Part shown: positions 22,369-35,400 of the stretch, piece by piece
How positions within the stretch are numbered: the first letter of the stretch is position 1
Layout of the letters: every line of letters starts with the position of its first letter
Assembly: GCF_000143415.4 (NCBI RefSeq)
Contig: NW_003314366.1
Coordinates: 248,001-312,000, forward strand
Length of the DNA: 64,000 nucleotides
Reading direction: 5' to 3'
DNA from: Selaginella moellendorffii
Taxonomy: Eukaryota > Plantae > Lycopodiophyta
The notes under the pieces: generated by a model
The model's database searches: none
Told to the model about the DNA's origin: nothing
Seen by the model: the letters and a program-made list of their open reading frames with translations, nothing else
Program-made: the position numbers and the translations under genes

Positions 22369-24890
22369 ATGGTGATGGAGGACGAGGTGATCCTCACGGA
22401 TGTGTCGGATTCCATGCACATGCTGCTGCTGGCTCGAGAGAGCGTGAAATTCCAGCGATCCAGCGTCCATAGCCTGCTCGCTCGCATCAAGATGCTCAAG
22501 CCCGCCATTGATTACCTCCGTGAAGTGAAGATTCCGCTGCCCAAGCCCGCGTTAGCGCCATTCCAATCGCTCAACAGCGTTCTTCTCAGGGCCAGGGACG
22601 CGGTGGAGGAATGCAGCGTTGGAAGGAGCAAGATTTTCCTGGTAAGTTGCGAGTGTGAGAAAGAGCGTGGGAGTTTCTTTTTCTTCTTCTTCTTTTCTAA
22701 TGCGCTTTTGTGTAGATGTATCGCTGTCACGAGATCGTCGTTGGGTTTCAAGAAATCGCTGGCGATATGTGTCGGGTCATCGAAACCATCCCTCTATCTT
22801 CTATGTATATTTCTAGTCACACAAGATCACAGGTAATTCATGAGAGCCTTGCTCCTCCTTGCGTTTGTTTCTGAGCCCCTCGTCGTCTTCAGTGCAGATC
22901 GAGCACTGTCACCAGGAGCTACGGAGATTAAAGTTCACGATCAATGCCCGTGACTCTCAGCTGGCGGACGAGATTGCCATCCTTCTCAAAGACTTTGGCC
23001 GCTCCCAGGTGAATCCAGCGCAGCTCAAAAGGTTTCTCGAGGAGATGGAGTTGGGGTCCTTAGAAACCATTGCCAAGGAGAAGGCCGCTTTGGAAAAAGA
23101 GAGGGAGTCAAGGGAAGATGGCGCTGCTGCTGTCATCGACAAGCTTACATCGCTGCTGAGTATGACCACCCAAGATCCTGCTCCAGAGAAAGTGGATAGC
23201 GTCCAGCAGCAAAACATTCCGATCCCTGCCGACTTTTGCTGTCCACTATCGCAGCAGCTAATGTCGGATCCTGTCATCGTGGCTTCCGGACAGACCTATG
23301 AACGAGCTTACATTCAACAGTGGGTGGATCGAGGAAACAGGACTTGTCCCAAGACGCAGCAAGTGATCTCTCACACCAACTTGATCCCGAACTACACCGT
23401 CAAGGCGCTCATCGCAAACTGGTGTGAGATGCACAACGTGCCACTCCCCGAGCCCCCGAAAGTTGACGAGCTGGGGGAGCTCATCACTCCTTCCAAGCCT
23501 CCTCCGCAGCTGCTAGAGCAGGACGTGTCGTCGGGCACCAAAGGCAGTGGAGTGGAGGCCGAGTCGCTGCCAGTGTCCTCGTCCGAGATGGTGGACGGGA
23601 ACCACGATCCTGAGCAAGGTGGCGGCGAGGAGCCTGACATGAGATCCTTCTTGGTAGGCATCCAGCACAAGCCGTCCGGTTCCAGCAGAGGTGCTGCTTC
23701 TCCTGGGAGTCGACGTCGCTTCAGCGGCGAGCTCTCCGGAGACGCAGCCTCGGACAGTCTCGAGGAGAAGTCACCCAGGTTTCTCTACAGGAACAGGAAG
23801 GAGAGGTCGAGGTTGAAACTTGGTGGTAACAGCGAGAAGCTCTTCGACATCATTGGCAACGACGAGAACAAGGAGAGCAAGATAAGGAGTCTGATCCAGG
23901 ACTTGGACGCGCCATCTCTGGACCTGCAAAGGACGGCTGCGGCGGAGCTGAGACTCCTCGCCAAGAACAACGCCGAGGACAGGATCCGGATAGCCAACGC
24001 TGGCGCCATCAAACCGCTGGTGGCACTGCTGAGCTCCGCGGATCCAAAAGTCCAGGAGGACTCGGTCACGTCGCTGCTCAACCTGTCACTCAACGACGGC
24101 AACAAGCACGACATTGTGGACTCGGGCGCCATCCCGCCTCTCATCAGCGTCCTCTCGGAAGGAAACCCGGAAGCCAGGCAAAACGCGGCAGCCACGCTGT
24201 TTAGCCTTTCGGTGAAGCAGGAATACACGGCACTCATCGGCGCTTCTGGCGCCATCCCGCCGCTGGTCGAGTTACTCAAGTCCGGAACTCCTCGCGGGAA
24301 GAAGGATGCGGCAACCGCGCTCTTCAACCTCTCGATATGCCACGACAACAAGAACAAGGTGGTCAAGGCCGGAGCCGTTAAGCCTCTCATCGACCTCATC
24401 TGCGAGCCGAGGCTGGGGATGGTGGACAAGGCCGTGGCGGTGGTGACCAACTTGTCCACGGTGTCGGAGGGACGCAGCGCCATTGCCGAGGACGGAGGAA
24501 TTCCAGCTCTGGTGGAAGTCGTGGAAGCCGGGTCCCAGCGCGGGAAGGAGCATGCGGCTGCCGCGTTGCTGACGCTTTGCTCCAACAGTCCCAGGCACCG
24601 AGCCATGATTTTCAACGAGGGTGTCACTCCGATGCTACACATTTTGTCACAGACTGGGACCGCGCGAGGAAAAGAGAAGGTATGGAACGTCCAAATATGT
24701 CAAGGCACAGGCAGCGACTGACTCGGACTTGCATCCTCTTTTCGTTTCGTGCCAGGCCTCCGCTTTGCTACGGATCTTCAGAGAGCAACGCAATGGGAAT
24801 GTGCCGAGATCTCATCACCAGCAGCAACATCATCAACAACATCAGCGAGAGGTCCACGCTTCTCCTGCTGCTGCAAGTCCTCGCTACTAG
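22369..24890 (+). CDS. U-box/ARM E3 ubiquitin ligase (PUB2/3/4-like)
   Basis: U-box 'IPADFCCPLSQQLMSDPVIVASGQTYERAYIQQW...CPKT', ARM repeats and N-terminal UND exons. Confidence 0.92.
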
Positions 24891-25127
24891 CTAGCATACT
24901 TATCAGGTACATCGGACTTTGCTTCTTCCATTAAAAGTGTGTTTTTTTTCTCTCGTATATACAAATTGTTTTGGTAATCTCCGCTTCTCTGTGCGTTTAC
25001 AGACACGAAAAATGAGAAAAATTAAGAATCTATTGTTCTAGAGCCCTCCTTGTTTTAGAGCCCTCTTTCTTCCTCCTTCGATATAAAGGTAGTATTAAGA
25101 GTTTCTTCCTTGGCCGACACCATCTTT

Positions 25128-26276
25128 TCACGCATTGTTATATAGGTGGTGGAGGTGGTGATGGTGGTGTGGGTGGTGGTGGTGAGAATAAGATGGAGGA
25201 TTATAGTAGCGTGGTCCGCAGAAGTGGGCTTGGGCTTCGTTGATGGAGTAGCCAGTACGCACAGGGGAGTGATGGTGGTAGGGACTCAGGGATCGCTGTG
25301 CAACAGGATGCCGCGGGGGGAGCATCGATGACGCAGAAGATGATGGCTCCGCAGCGCAGCAGTGACAGGGAGGCTTGATCCCGCGGCTTGCTTCGCTGCT
25401 GGTGAATCCATCAACGAATTGATAGTGATGGGGGTGGAGCTGGCCGCTGGATGGAACATCCTGGTTGTAGAACATACCTCCTCGTCGTTCGCTGTGATTG
25501 TTCTCCGGCTCCACCGGGGAGTGGTGCTGATCTTGGGCCTGGTGCTTGCGCTGGTACGCCTTGAGCGACCCAAACTCGTGATCCCGCAACTGCTGCGCAG
25601 CGCCCATCTTGGATTTGCGAGGTGGATGGTGGTGATACGAGGAGGAATTGGTCGCGAGGAGTGGCGGCGAGGCCGCAAACTTTGACCCCGAGCTTGTGGA
25701 GCTTGGATCCATGACGGATTCGTCGGACGAGTACTCGAGCACTGCCGATGGATCGAACAATGGCGACTTGGAAGGGCCGTGAGGATCGAACAAAAACACC
25801 CTCAGCTTCACCGCAGCTCCATCGGAAGATCGGTCTCGACTCACCATCTTGTCAAACTCGTCCATCATGTTCTTGACGTCCTCGTCCGAGGTGACCGACA
25901 CGAGCGCGTCCAGATCTTCATTAGGCAGCTGGTACTTGAGAAGAACACTCTTCCCGGCAAGGTGTGAGAGCTTCGCCATGAGATCCTTGTACGCAATCTC
26001 CTTCTTCAGCACCAGAATGCGGGTCTCTCCACCCATGTAACGCAGCTGGTTGTCGTGAGGCCGGGGCAAGATCCGGCCGCCATAGCTGCACATCATCTTC
26101 ACCCTCTTCTTGCTCGAGATAGATCGCGCTTGATCCAATCCCGACACGATCTCCTCCTCCTCCGCCAGCGAGCTGATGCTAGAAGACCCTTCATCCCCTC
26201 CAGACAAGGAATCCAGCGATAACGCACTCTCGTTCACCGTGATACCGCTAGAAGCACCATCCTCGATAGCACACAT
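25128..26276 (-). CDS. PB1 (octicosapeptide/Phox/Bem1p) domain protein
   Basis: 'KMMCSYGGRILPRPHDNQLRYMGGETRI...KYQLPNEDLDALVSVTSDEDVKNMMDEFD'. Confidence 0.92.
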   Translation of the reverse strand: MCAIEDGASSGITVNESALSLDSLSGGDEGSSSISSLAEEEEIVSGLDQARSISSKKRVKMMCSYGGRILPRPHDNQLRYMGGETRILVLKKEIAYKDLMAKLSHLAGKSVLLKYQLPNEDLDALVSVTSDEDVKNMMDEFDKMVSRDRSSDGAAVKLRVFLFDPHGPSKSPLFDPSAVLEYSSDESVMDPSSTSSGSKFAASPPLLATNSSSYHHHPPRKSKMGAAQQLRDHEFGSLKAYQRKHQAQDQHHSPVEPENNHSERRGGMFYNQDVPSSGQLHPHHYQFVDGFTSSEASRGIKPPCHCCAAEPSSSASSMLPPRHPVAQRSLSPYHHHSPVRTGYSINEAQAHFCGPRYYNPPSYSHHHHPHHHHHLHHLYNNA

Positions 26277-27049
26277 CTTCGAGATCCAACTTTATTCCTC
26301 CCTTCTACGAAGAACAAGGGATTGAAAGCTTCAGAGCTTGACAAAGAGGAGAAAAGCCAAAAGCTATGGAAGAAGAAAGGCTTGATCTCGAGCCTCTGAC
26401 TCCTCCTCTTTTCCATCCCCACAATTCCAAGTGCCTCCCTTTTTGTTGTGTGGAATATACACACCCACTGGAATATCCTGCGAGTTAACGTGTTGGTCTC
26501 TAATTTGCCGCTCCCAGGAATACAAGAAATCATACTTGGCCAACTTTACGTTCCCTCTCAAACAAGAATTCTCCCTGTGGCTCCGTGTTTGTCAATGTAA
26601 CTTTAGAGCCGCCACCTCTGGTGCCACTCGTCAGCCCTCGAAAACAAACAAACATTGGCACTACGCTCCAATCTTTGAGATTTACGTATGCTGAATCTGT
26701 ATGCCATGGGGTACAATGATACAAACCAGAAAGTGCCACCACGTTAGCATAGAGGCCAATAATTCACAATGTGCACACGTAACTTGCGCATGGCAGGGTG
26801 GCGCAAGCCAAAGACAAACATATGGACCCCTTGGCTGATAGGCGCGTGGGGCATTCCCAGTAAACAAATGGGTTACGTTAAGTTCTAGGGTTTGCAACTT
26901 GCTTTGGTCCAATCTTATCCATCTCTGGATGGAATGTATCGCAATCTCTCATGGCTGCGGCACGATCTCCCAGATGATCAAACGGTAAACATGGAGATCA
27001 TAGCTATCTAGCTATGTACAAAAATCTTTAGCTCTTTTCTCCTCCCTGC

Positions 27050-28906
27050 ATGGATGGATCGAGCCAAGTTCTCTGTGGACGCGAGCTTGGGTCCCATCTT
27101 GGATCATGGATCCCAAGTTGCAGGAGGGAGTGGATCCAGCTCATGGCAAATTGCCAATGCTTGTCACTGGCGGAGGAGATTGGCTCCAGGGTGAGGGGAT
27201 CTCTCTGCCGAGATGATGTTTTCATGCTCAACAAGCTCATCGAGATGTATGGGCGATTGGGTGGGGTCGAGCAATGCCGCCGGGTGTTCGACTCCATCCG
27301 GATCAAGGACTGCTTCTCTTGGGTGCTCATGCTCTGTGCGCTTGCCCAGAGCGGGTACTTGCGGCAGGCTTACAAGGTTTTCCACGACATGCCTGCTAGA
27401 AACCTCGTTGCTTGGAATGCGATTCTCGCTGCCTTTACCCAGAAGGGCCATCTCGATTGCGCTCGTAGAATCTTCAAAGAAATGCCGGAGAGAAGCCTGG
27501 TCTCTTGGACAGCGATGGTTTCTGTAAATGCCCAGTGTGGGTATCTTGCAGACGCGCAAAACATCTTTGATGAAATGCCTGAACACGATGGTGTGAGTTG
27601 GAATGCACTGCTGGCCGCGGCCGCGCAAGAAAGCAACGTAGAGCAGGCATGGCAGATTTTTAACCGCATGCCTCACCACGGCTTGGTGGCGTGTACCGTC
27701 ATGCTTGCAGCACTTGCCCAGAACAAGCATTTTAACCGCGCCAAGTTGCTTTTTGACGAGATGCCTGTGCGAGATATAGTGTTAGAAACAACGCTGCTAG
27801 CGGAGTACTCGAAACACGGCCACCTTGACGAGGCTGAGAACCTTTTTAACCAGATGAAAGTGTGTGACGTAGCAGCCTGGAACGCTATGATCTCCGCATA
27901 TGCCCACAGTGGGCACTTTGCGAAAGCGAAACGAATGTTTGATGCTTGTCCAAGGAGAGATCTCTTTTCCTGGAACTCCCTCCTCGCCGCTTACGTTCAA
28001 GCAAACCGCCTCGACTTAGCAAAACAAGAATTCGATCGGATGGAACAGAGGGACGTGGTTTCCTGGAGCATCATCCTCACGGCATATGCCCAAAACGGGC
28101 GTTTCCTCGAGGACGCAAAATGCGTCTTCGATTCCATGCCGGAGCTGGATCTCGTCTCCTGGAACGCGATGCTCTCCGCCTACGCCGCCGCTGGCTTCCT
28201 CGACAACACCACACAGATCTTCTCCTCCATGCCCGAGCACAACATCGTCTCCTGGAACGCCCTCCTGCGAGCCTACGCCCAGAACCGCCACCTCTCCAGC
28301 GCGCTCCATCTCTTCCACCGCCAGATGCCGCAGCGCGACGCCATCTCCTGGAGCGCGATGCTCTCCGCCTGCGCGCAAAACGGCGCCCTCCAACGCGCCG
28401 AGCTCCTCTTCCACACAATGCCCGAGCGACCCGACATTGCGTGCTGGAACTCGATGCTCGCGGCTTACACGAACCAGGGGCTGTGCCAAAGCGCGCTCCA
28501 GATCTTCGACTCCATGGCGGTGGAGAGCGCCGTGGACGAGATCAGCTTCCTGGTGGCGATCATCGCTTGCAACCACGGGGGGAAGCTCGCGGTTGGGAGG
28601 AGCGCTTTCATCTCCATGGCATTCGACTATGGCTTGGCGCCAACCAAGCCGTACTACCGTGTCATGGTGGCGCTGCTGGCCAGATCCGGACACGTGGACG
28701 ACGCACGAGGCCTCATCGCGGGGATGCCGTACGCACCCGACGCGCTCGACTGGAAGTGTTTGCTCGGGGCGTGTACGGAGGCCCGCCATGGAGCGGAGAT
28801 CGCGAGCAACGTCTTCCACTTCAACCCCGGCGATGGCGGAGCTTATTTGCTCCTCGCCAATATCAACATCCACAATTCATGCTCGCCACCACGATCGAGA
28901 GCGTAG
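27050..28906 (+). CDS. PLS-class pentatricopeptide repeat protein (618 aa)
   Basis: Repeated 'F..MPE..LVSWNA.L.AYAQ.G' motifs and a C-terminal 'MPYAPDALDWKCLLGAC'. Confidence 0.9.
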   Translation: MDGSSQVLCGRELGSHLGSWIPSCRREWIQLMANCQCLSLAEEIGSRVRGSLCRDDVFMLNKLIEMYGRLGGVEQCRRVFDSIRIKDCFSWVLMLCALAQSGYLRQAYKVFHDMPARNLVAWNAILAAFTQKGHLDCARRIFKEMPERSLVSWTAMVSVNAQCGYLADAQNIFDEMPEHDGVSWNALLAAAAQESNVEQAWQIFNRMPHHGLVACTVMLAALAQNKHFNRAKLLFDEMPVRDIVLETTLLAEYSKHGHLDEAENLFNQMKVCDVAAWNAMISAYAHSGHFAKAKRMFDACPRRDLFSWNSLLAAYVQANRLDLAKQEFDRMEQRDVVSWSIILTAYAQNGRFLEDAKCVFDSMPELDLVSWNAMLSAYAAAGFLDNTTQIFSSMPEHNIVSWNALLRAYAQNRHLSSALHLFHRQMPQRDAISWSAMLSACAQNGALQRAELLFHTMPERPDIACWNSMLAAYTNQGLCQSALQIFDSMAVESAVDEISFLVAIIACNHGGKLAVGRSAFISMAFDYGLAPTKPYYRVMVALLARSGHVDDARGLIAGMPYAPDALDWKCLLGACTEARHGAEIASNVFHFNPGDGGAYLLLANINIHNSCSPPRSRA

Positions 28907-28925
28907 AAAATTTTCGCTCCTCTGC

Positions 28926-29129
28926 GAGAGTATAGTTGCAAGATCAAGCTTGGAAGCTTGGAAGATTGTTTTCTCTCGATGGAGAGAGGCTGGTGGACAA
29001 GAATTTTAAAACGTTGCAAGGATCATGGTCGTCTTCTAGACGAGAGCTCCAGATCGAGAGAGTATAGTTGCAAGATCAAGCTTGGAAGATTGTTTTCTTG
29101 CGATGGAGAAAGGTGGTGGACAAGAATTT
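28926..29129. repeat. About 75-bp direct duplication between two convergent genes
   Basis: gagagtatagttgcaagatcaagcttggaag...gtggacaagaattt occurs at about 28926-29006 and about 29056-29129. Confidence 0.8.
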
Positions 29130-30154
29130 CATGGTTTTTCTTGAGAGCTCGCGGCGGCGGCGGCGACAGCGTGATCTTCCAGCCACGAGTAGAGTTCTCC
29201 AAACACCACCTCCAAATTCTCCGGAGGCTCGCCCGCGAGCTGGTGCCACATTCCCTGGTAGATCCTCAGCGTTTTATCCTTGCTGCTGCATCGATCATAC
29301 AAGGCCTTGCTCCCCTCCGGATCGGTCACCACGTCCAGCTCTCCATGGATCACCAGCAGCGGCAGCGTCACCTCTGGGAACCGCTCGTCCAGCTCTCTCA
29401 CCACCCTGAGAAGCTCCAGTGCCGTCCCGGCTCTCGGCCTCCCGGAGTAGCGGACCGGGTTCTTCTTGACGAGCTCGCGCTTCCAGGCCTCCTTGAAAGA
29501 CACGGTGGGGATGTCCTTGGTGGGGACGATCGCCCAAGTCGGAGCTAGCGCCGCCACGTACGAGAGCAAGTTCTCGAGCGGCCATGGCGGCTTGAACTTT
29601 GGAGAGATCCCACACATCGCTCCATTCAGCACGGCTCCACTCCAGACCCCCGGCTGGCGGAGATGGATCAAGAGGCACAGTGCGCCACCCAGCGATTCTC
29701 CATACAAGAAGGCCGGAAGTCCCTGGAACTCTTGCTGGGATCGCACGGAATCGAAGAATGCGATGCAGTCGTCCACCACCGGATTGATATCTGGGACGTA
29801 AGCTCGCAGTCCCTGCCAGTCCTGGGATCGTCCATGGCCCTGGTGATCGATGGCGTGCACGGCGAATCCCCTCTGCGCGATGCCGATAGCTGTGAGCTGC
29901 ACGAACCAGCCACTGTCGGCGCCATAGCCATGGCAGACCATCACCAGTGCCTTAACTCTCTCCCGCGTTGGCAGCCATGACTGCGTGTACTGCGCCATGC
30001 CTCGGGCGTTTGTGATCATCCTCTCGCCGTGCGTGACGCCATGCTTGGCGTAGAAATCCTCTGGGCTCCTCCCGCCAAAGAGGCTGTCGACGGTGGAATC
30101 CAGCGACGGATGCGCCATAGCTGTCCCTACGATCGATTCGATCGATTGAAACAT
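29129..30154 (-). CDS. Monoacylglycerol lipase / caffeoyl-shikimate-esterase-like alpha/beta hydrolase
   Basis: 'VCHGYG', 'DHQGHGRS', nucleophile 'GESLGG', 'HGELDVVTD' and 'GMWHQL'. Confidence 0.9.
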   Translation of the reverse strand: MFQSIESIVGTAMAHPSLDSTVDSLFGGRSPEDFYAKHGVTHGERMITNARGMAQYTQSWLPTRERVKALVMVCHGYGADSGWFVQLTAIGIAQRGFAVHAIDHQGHGRSQDWQGLRAYVPDINPVVDDCIAFFDSVRSQQEFQGLPAFLYGESLGGALCLLIHLRQPGVWSGAVLNGAMCGISPKFKPPWPLENLLSYVAALAPTWAIVPTKDIPTVSFKEAWKRELVKKNPVRYSGRPRAGTALELLRVVRELDERFPEVTLPLLVIHGELDVVTDPEGSKALYDRCSSKDKTLRIYQGMWHQLAGEPPENLEVVFGELYSWLEDHAVAAAAASSQEKP

Positions 30155-30990
30155 CCATAGCTAGAGAAGATCGAAAGATCACGCGCACTCACCTCTCTTG
30201 CTCTTGGCGCCTGTTGCCCAGCTCCTCCGCGGCAATCCCTAGAGGCGATCCAACGCTCTATACAAGGACACGTGTGCGCGATCTGAGCCGCCCCATGCCT
30301 CCTTCATGACCCACCTGAAAGTAGTTGACCATCTCGGTCAGCGATTTGCTTGACCGGGCAAATTTTTGTGTTTTTTAACAGCGTCGGTGAATGCCGCTGT
30401 GAAACCGTCAGTGGCGAGTAAATGTGTGACCAACTTGACTGATCCACAAGAACTAGCTCTTTTGTTTTTGCTTGGTTCCTTCTTTCGGTCCTACACCTCC
30501 AATCTTTTAGCTTTGGCATTTTGCTTCCAGCCATGGCTTCTTCTAAAGGTCTATTCCCTGAAAAGCTAGAACAGTGAAAGAAGAATCCCCAGTCACATCT
30601 TTCCATCTCTCTCTCTCTCCTCTTTGGTTGGAATTTAGAACTTTAAGTTTTCTAGAGTAGATACTGCTACTCTTGTAGCAATGGAGGCCGGGGTCGTCTA
30701 GAGAGAGTATAGACAGTACTTTTGTTCCATGTAAACGAGTACAGTTTTTTCTTCTAAAGCGCACAGCTAAACTGGCTGGCAGCAGCTGGCTCTGCCTACT
30801 ATCTTTGATTCTTTGATGCGTTTATCAACTGGATTTGTATAGAACTAAAGAAGAAAAAAGAGAAGATCATATCGCTCACTTGGTATCTTCTGCCTTGCTC
30901 GTCCTTTGCACGGAGGAGAAAAGCGCTCAGCTGCCCCGCTTGTAAGCTTCCAATCCATCCAGCGCATGAGAAACAGAGGGTCAATGCCGG

Positions 30991-32412
30991 TCAATGATGG
31001 TCGTCGCCGGCATCCTTCTTGTCGACGGGGACGATCTCGGCGGTGGCCAAGCTCGGGTGCGCGTATCCGTACGAGTGGAGCACCTGGTTGTCCGCCAGCG
31101 TCAGCGCCCGCGACATCTGTGCCGTACACTCCTCCGCCGTGTAGACGTTGTTGATCTTGCCGCTGCAAATCTGGCACCCGGTGAAGTGCGTGACGAAAGG
31201 CCATCGATCGTCGCCAAATCCCGGGTGGCTGCTCTCCACATAGCCTTCATACTTGTCCACGATATCCTTCCAGTATCCATTGAGGAAGTAGGAGTTCTCG
31301 AGATAGACCTTGGATCCCCAGGTGTTGCGATCGGCATTGAGGAGATAGATGAAAGCTCCCTGGTCGTCCGACTCGAAGCTCTCGGGCCTGCCGGAGAGAG
31401 CCATGGTGAGGACCTTCCCGACTCGATCGCCCACGACGCCGCGGTAGCCCATCGGCGCCAGAGTGTCGAAGAGATCCAGCGTCCACTGGCAATTCCTCAC
31501 CAGAAAGATGCCCATGTTGAGACCAGTCCACTTACGCTCCCCATAGACGAGGTGCTCCCAGCCATGGATCACCAGGTTGTAGTCCTTGTATCGCTCCGAT
31601 GGGAACTGGAAGGTCATGTCGGTGAGGACGGCGTCGCTGTCTATCCACCATAGCCACTCCACCTCGGGGTGTGCGAGCATGAAAGATCGAATGAGAGGGA
31701 GCTTGACCCACCAGGAGGGCATGTCACGGCTGAAGGTGGCCATGTTGTAGAAGAGCTCCATGTCGTGGATGCGACAGTAGTCGATCTTGTTCTTGACGGC
31801 CTTGAGGAGCATATGATCGCCCATGAGATTGTGGCAGGGGCCGGGCTGCGATCCCGTCAGCATGAAAAGCTTGGGCCTGCCCGAGGAATCCACATTGGCG
31901 TCGGGATTCTTCTCGAGGAACGCTCGCCGCTGCTCGTCCCAGTCGGAGATCCTGGCGCCCAGGGTGAAGGAGGTGTTGAGCAGCGGATCGATCGACAGCG
32001 TCTTGTTGAGCAGGGACTCTATGTCGGTCCTCTCCGGCATGAAATCCTCGGCTCCATGCCCGCCACCATAGTTCTGCCTCGATGATCCATCGACCGAGAG
32101 GGTGTGCCTCCCGGCTTCGGTGGCCTTGCTCTTGTCCTCGTGCTGAATGACGTGCTCTTGAGCGGCCTCGAGCAGAGGTGACACGAAGAAGCTCCAAAAC
32201 AGAAGCAGTGTCAGGATTGCTCCCGTGATCATCGGCACGTACTCGGTCACGCTTCTGTAAACTCCGCTCTTCTGCATATCCCGGCCCAGCGTTTGCACCC
32301 ACAATCGACACCGCTGCAACGCGCCCTTCCTCCCGTGGTACTTTTGGTTGAAGATCATCGATCGAAGAAGACAAGAGAGAGGAGAAAAGATGGCGATTCT
32401 CGAATCTCCCAA
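30991..32412 (-). CDS. Glycosyltransferase family GT34 (xyloglucan xylosyl-/galactomannan galactosyltransferase-like)
   Basis: Type II TM, then 'KNKIDYCRIH', 'WVKLPLIR..MLAHPEVEWLWWIDSDA' and 'WPFVTHFTGC'. Confidence 0.92.
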   Translation of the reverse strand: MGDSRIAIFSPLSCLLRSMIFNQKYHGRKGALQRCRLWVQTLGRDMQKSGVYRSVTEYVPMITGAILTLLLFWSFFVSPLLEAAQEHVIQHEDKSKATEAGRHTLSVDGSSRQNYGGGHGAEDFMPERTDIESLLNKTLSIDPLLNTSFTLGARISDWDEQRRAFLEKNPDANVDSSGRPKLFMLTGSQPGPCHNLMGDHMLLKAVKNKIDYCRIHDMELFYNMATFSRDMPSWWVKLPLIRSFMLAHPEVEWLWWIDSDAVLTDMTFQFPSERYKDYNLVIHGWEHLVYGERKWTGLNMGIFLVRNCQWTLDLFDTLAPMGYRGVVGDRVGKVLTMALSGRPESFESDDQGAFIYLLNADRNTWGSKVYLENSYFLNGYWKDIVDKYEGYVESSHPGFGDDRWPFVTHFTGCQICSGKINNVYTAEECTAQMSRALTLADNQVLHSYGYAHPSLATAEIVPVDKKDAGDDHH

Positions 32413-35400
32413 TCTCCCTGGTGGGCGAGCGCGAATCGCTCGCGAAACTATCTATCAATCTATCTACTGCCAGAGACGAGCGCGATTCTTAAGGCATTCT
32501 TGTCAGCAATGCTTCGCCCATGCTCTCTGCAGAGCTCCCCTGTTTTCTATGGCGATATATCTTTGCGCGGGCATTTAATGGAGATCCGAGCCCACGTCAG
32601 CGGCCAGAGAAGACGGTGCTGTAAAGCATTTTGCCGGACACACCATGTTGTCGTTGTTTCGTTAGAGAGACAATGGAGAGACCATGTTGTTTTTTTCTCT
32701 GGTCAATGGAGGTCAGCGATGGTCATCAAAGAGTCAACGGATAAGATTTCTACCCGGAATTTCGGTGGTCGAGGAACAAACAGTGGTCCAATCTTTTCAG
32801 TTGTTGGGGGTATTTTGCAGCAACCACCACTTCATCACATGCCCACCAGAAAGCTTTGAGCAATCGATCAATTCTTTGTGGTCGTTGTTGCCCACTTGAT
32901 AAAACCACCACACGCTACACACGAAATTAAAAATTCGAGACTTTGGCAAAACTAGAGCGATGGAAACGCAACACCGGCATGTTTTTAAAGCTCTTGCTCG
33001 CAATCCTCCAAATTCGTGAGTGTTTCTTCAATTGTGAGATCGACCGGGGACTGGCAAGCTGCGTGGAAGAAATTTATAGTGACAAGGCCCTTCTGTTGGC
33101 AGCCAAGTTTCATCCTTCGGGATAGCAAGTCAAGAGTGTCTTCTTTGTTTTGGCTTTCCTTCCTAGTATGAAACATGGGCATCAGATGGAAGGGAAAAAT
33201 AAAGAACTTGTGTTGCAAGTGTGTCAGTACTTAAGAACTTTGGCATGAGATATGGAATGGAAGGCCATGTTATGACTCGCCTGGCACGCACGCAATCTTC
33301 ACTGTTCTGTTCATACTCACCTTTTGGTTAAAGTTTCCTGAAAGGTACACAATTCTTTTACTTCCTGGAATCTAGTTTTCATATTGCAGAAGTTCTAAAT
33401 CTTACAGCTCTCCAACTCCGGCCGTCCTTCCAAGAAGCTCCTCAGTAACTCGTACTGTGTGTTCTCGTCACTGATCATCGTGGCCTGAGCCAGAAACTAG
33501 GGAGAGCGGAACTGGCTGGATCCGCCGAAACCTTGCACTCGGAGTTTTTGGATGGGAAAGCGGTGACTTCAACCCCTCCGAAAGAATGAGGCCCATACTT
33601 TCAACGTAAGATAAAATAAAAACCCTGCCAGGTATCCTAATCTAGATCTGCATCTGATTCCTTGATCTAGCTTTCCAGCTTTAATTCTCATGCTTCCTGT
33701 CCAGATAAAAAAATTCAGTGGCACGTGGTTTCAAGAGGTTTATGACTACTACCCTTGTCAAACTACTATCAACCACAAATTATTTGACAATCACTATTTA
33801 AAAAGAAAGAAAATATAAAATAAAAAAACATGTATATGATCGCAACTAACTCTTTTGAAATACTGAAAAATCTTTATAGATATGCTAGAAGATAAGAGCA
33901 TATGCATATATTAATATAAAAAATATATATAAATAATATTCCCTTGCAAGTGTGTTTCATAAACTAAAATCTATTTATTTAATAAGAGCATGAATAATTT
34001 GAATCAAACATTTCAATAAATGGTGCTATTGCATATATATTAAAATGGTTAAAAGAAATTAAAAAAATAGTATTACTATAGAATATCCAAGCATCCCATT
34101 TAGGTTCTTAAAGTTTTTTATTGTTTTAATTATCATTAATACTATATGTTAACTGTTTACTACATGAAACCCAAAGAGAAACTGAAAGAAACAAAGTTGT
34201 ATAGGTTTTATTATTGCAATATGTAATTTAATAATGATGACCTAGTATTGCCAAAGGTAGCTCCCACCTGGTAATAGATATAAAAATGACTAAATAAGTG
34301 TTTGAAATATATATTTTAAAAGTATTTTACTCAAAGATTTTTATCATAATATTAGAATATTACTTTTTTTCATTGACATATAAACCATAATTATGTCCTG
34401 GTGTTTTTGAAATGCTTTGCCAAAGCTATAGTGCAAAATGAAAACTTACAAGACATTTTCAGGGTATTTTTCATGTTTTTCATGCTAGTGGGTATTCATA
34501 GAGTCTCTAATATTAGCACCAGACTTATCTTAAAGTCCTTGAATTAGTGCTTAACATTCTAAACAAGAACAAAGAGATCAATAGAATTTCAAAAAAGTTT
34601 ATAATATGGATTTTGAATTATAACTACCAATAGAGTCAAATGGAATCTACCTCCTTAGAAAGAAAGTTCTCTGGTGCACTATCTTTTATCAACATAAAGT
34701 TACACGATTTTAGCCATGTTTATGCAAACATAATTCTAATACTGATAATATTTTTTATTGATTGAAATTCAACCTTGATAAAAAAAGTGAACCATCATCA
34801 TCATGAGCAAAATAATAACAGCAAAATCACTATATAATCTATAACTTATATAACAATATAGCGGCGAATCATATATTATAAAATTGCAGACTTAATGTTC
34901 ATCAATTTGGTTAGCTTAGGGACTGAGTGGATATACCTAGAATATGCTTGGATATTTTAGGATATTCTACCATCTAATGGTTCTTATTCATTTAGATTAA
35001 TCTTGTATTTATAATTTATAAACTAGTTTAGGGTTTAGGGCTTAGGGTTTCAAATTTAATGTATATAATTTATAAAATTTCTTAAAGACTTTCTAGTATA
35101 TTCTATTTTACTCTACCATCTAATGGTTGATATGCAATAACATTAATCTTGTGTTTATAAATTACAAACATGCTTATAATTATAAAAATTTTATTTGATC
35201 ATATAAGTTGGAATAACACTATGATTAAGCAAACTAAGCATTGCTACATCCAATGTGTACAAAATTATTTTTAGTGTAATTATTCAATAGAATTAAAAAT
35301 TATTTAACTAATTATTAAATATATTTATTAAAATTTTCTTTTGTGACAATTGAGTTTCTTTCTATTTAAAATTTCATATTTTAGATTTCCAAAGAATGCA

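Noticed and set aside
19062-24890. SYMRK-PUB functional cluster
   Set aside because: The neighbour looks PUB2/3/4-like rather than like the legume DMI2-interacting PUBs. Adjacency alone is not evidence.
27946-32085. Long overlapping and antisense ORFs over the PPR, MAGL and GT34 genes
   Set aside because: Expected from high GC3 in the real CDSs. No independent motifs.
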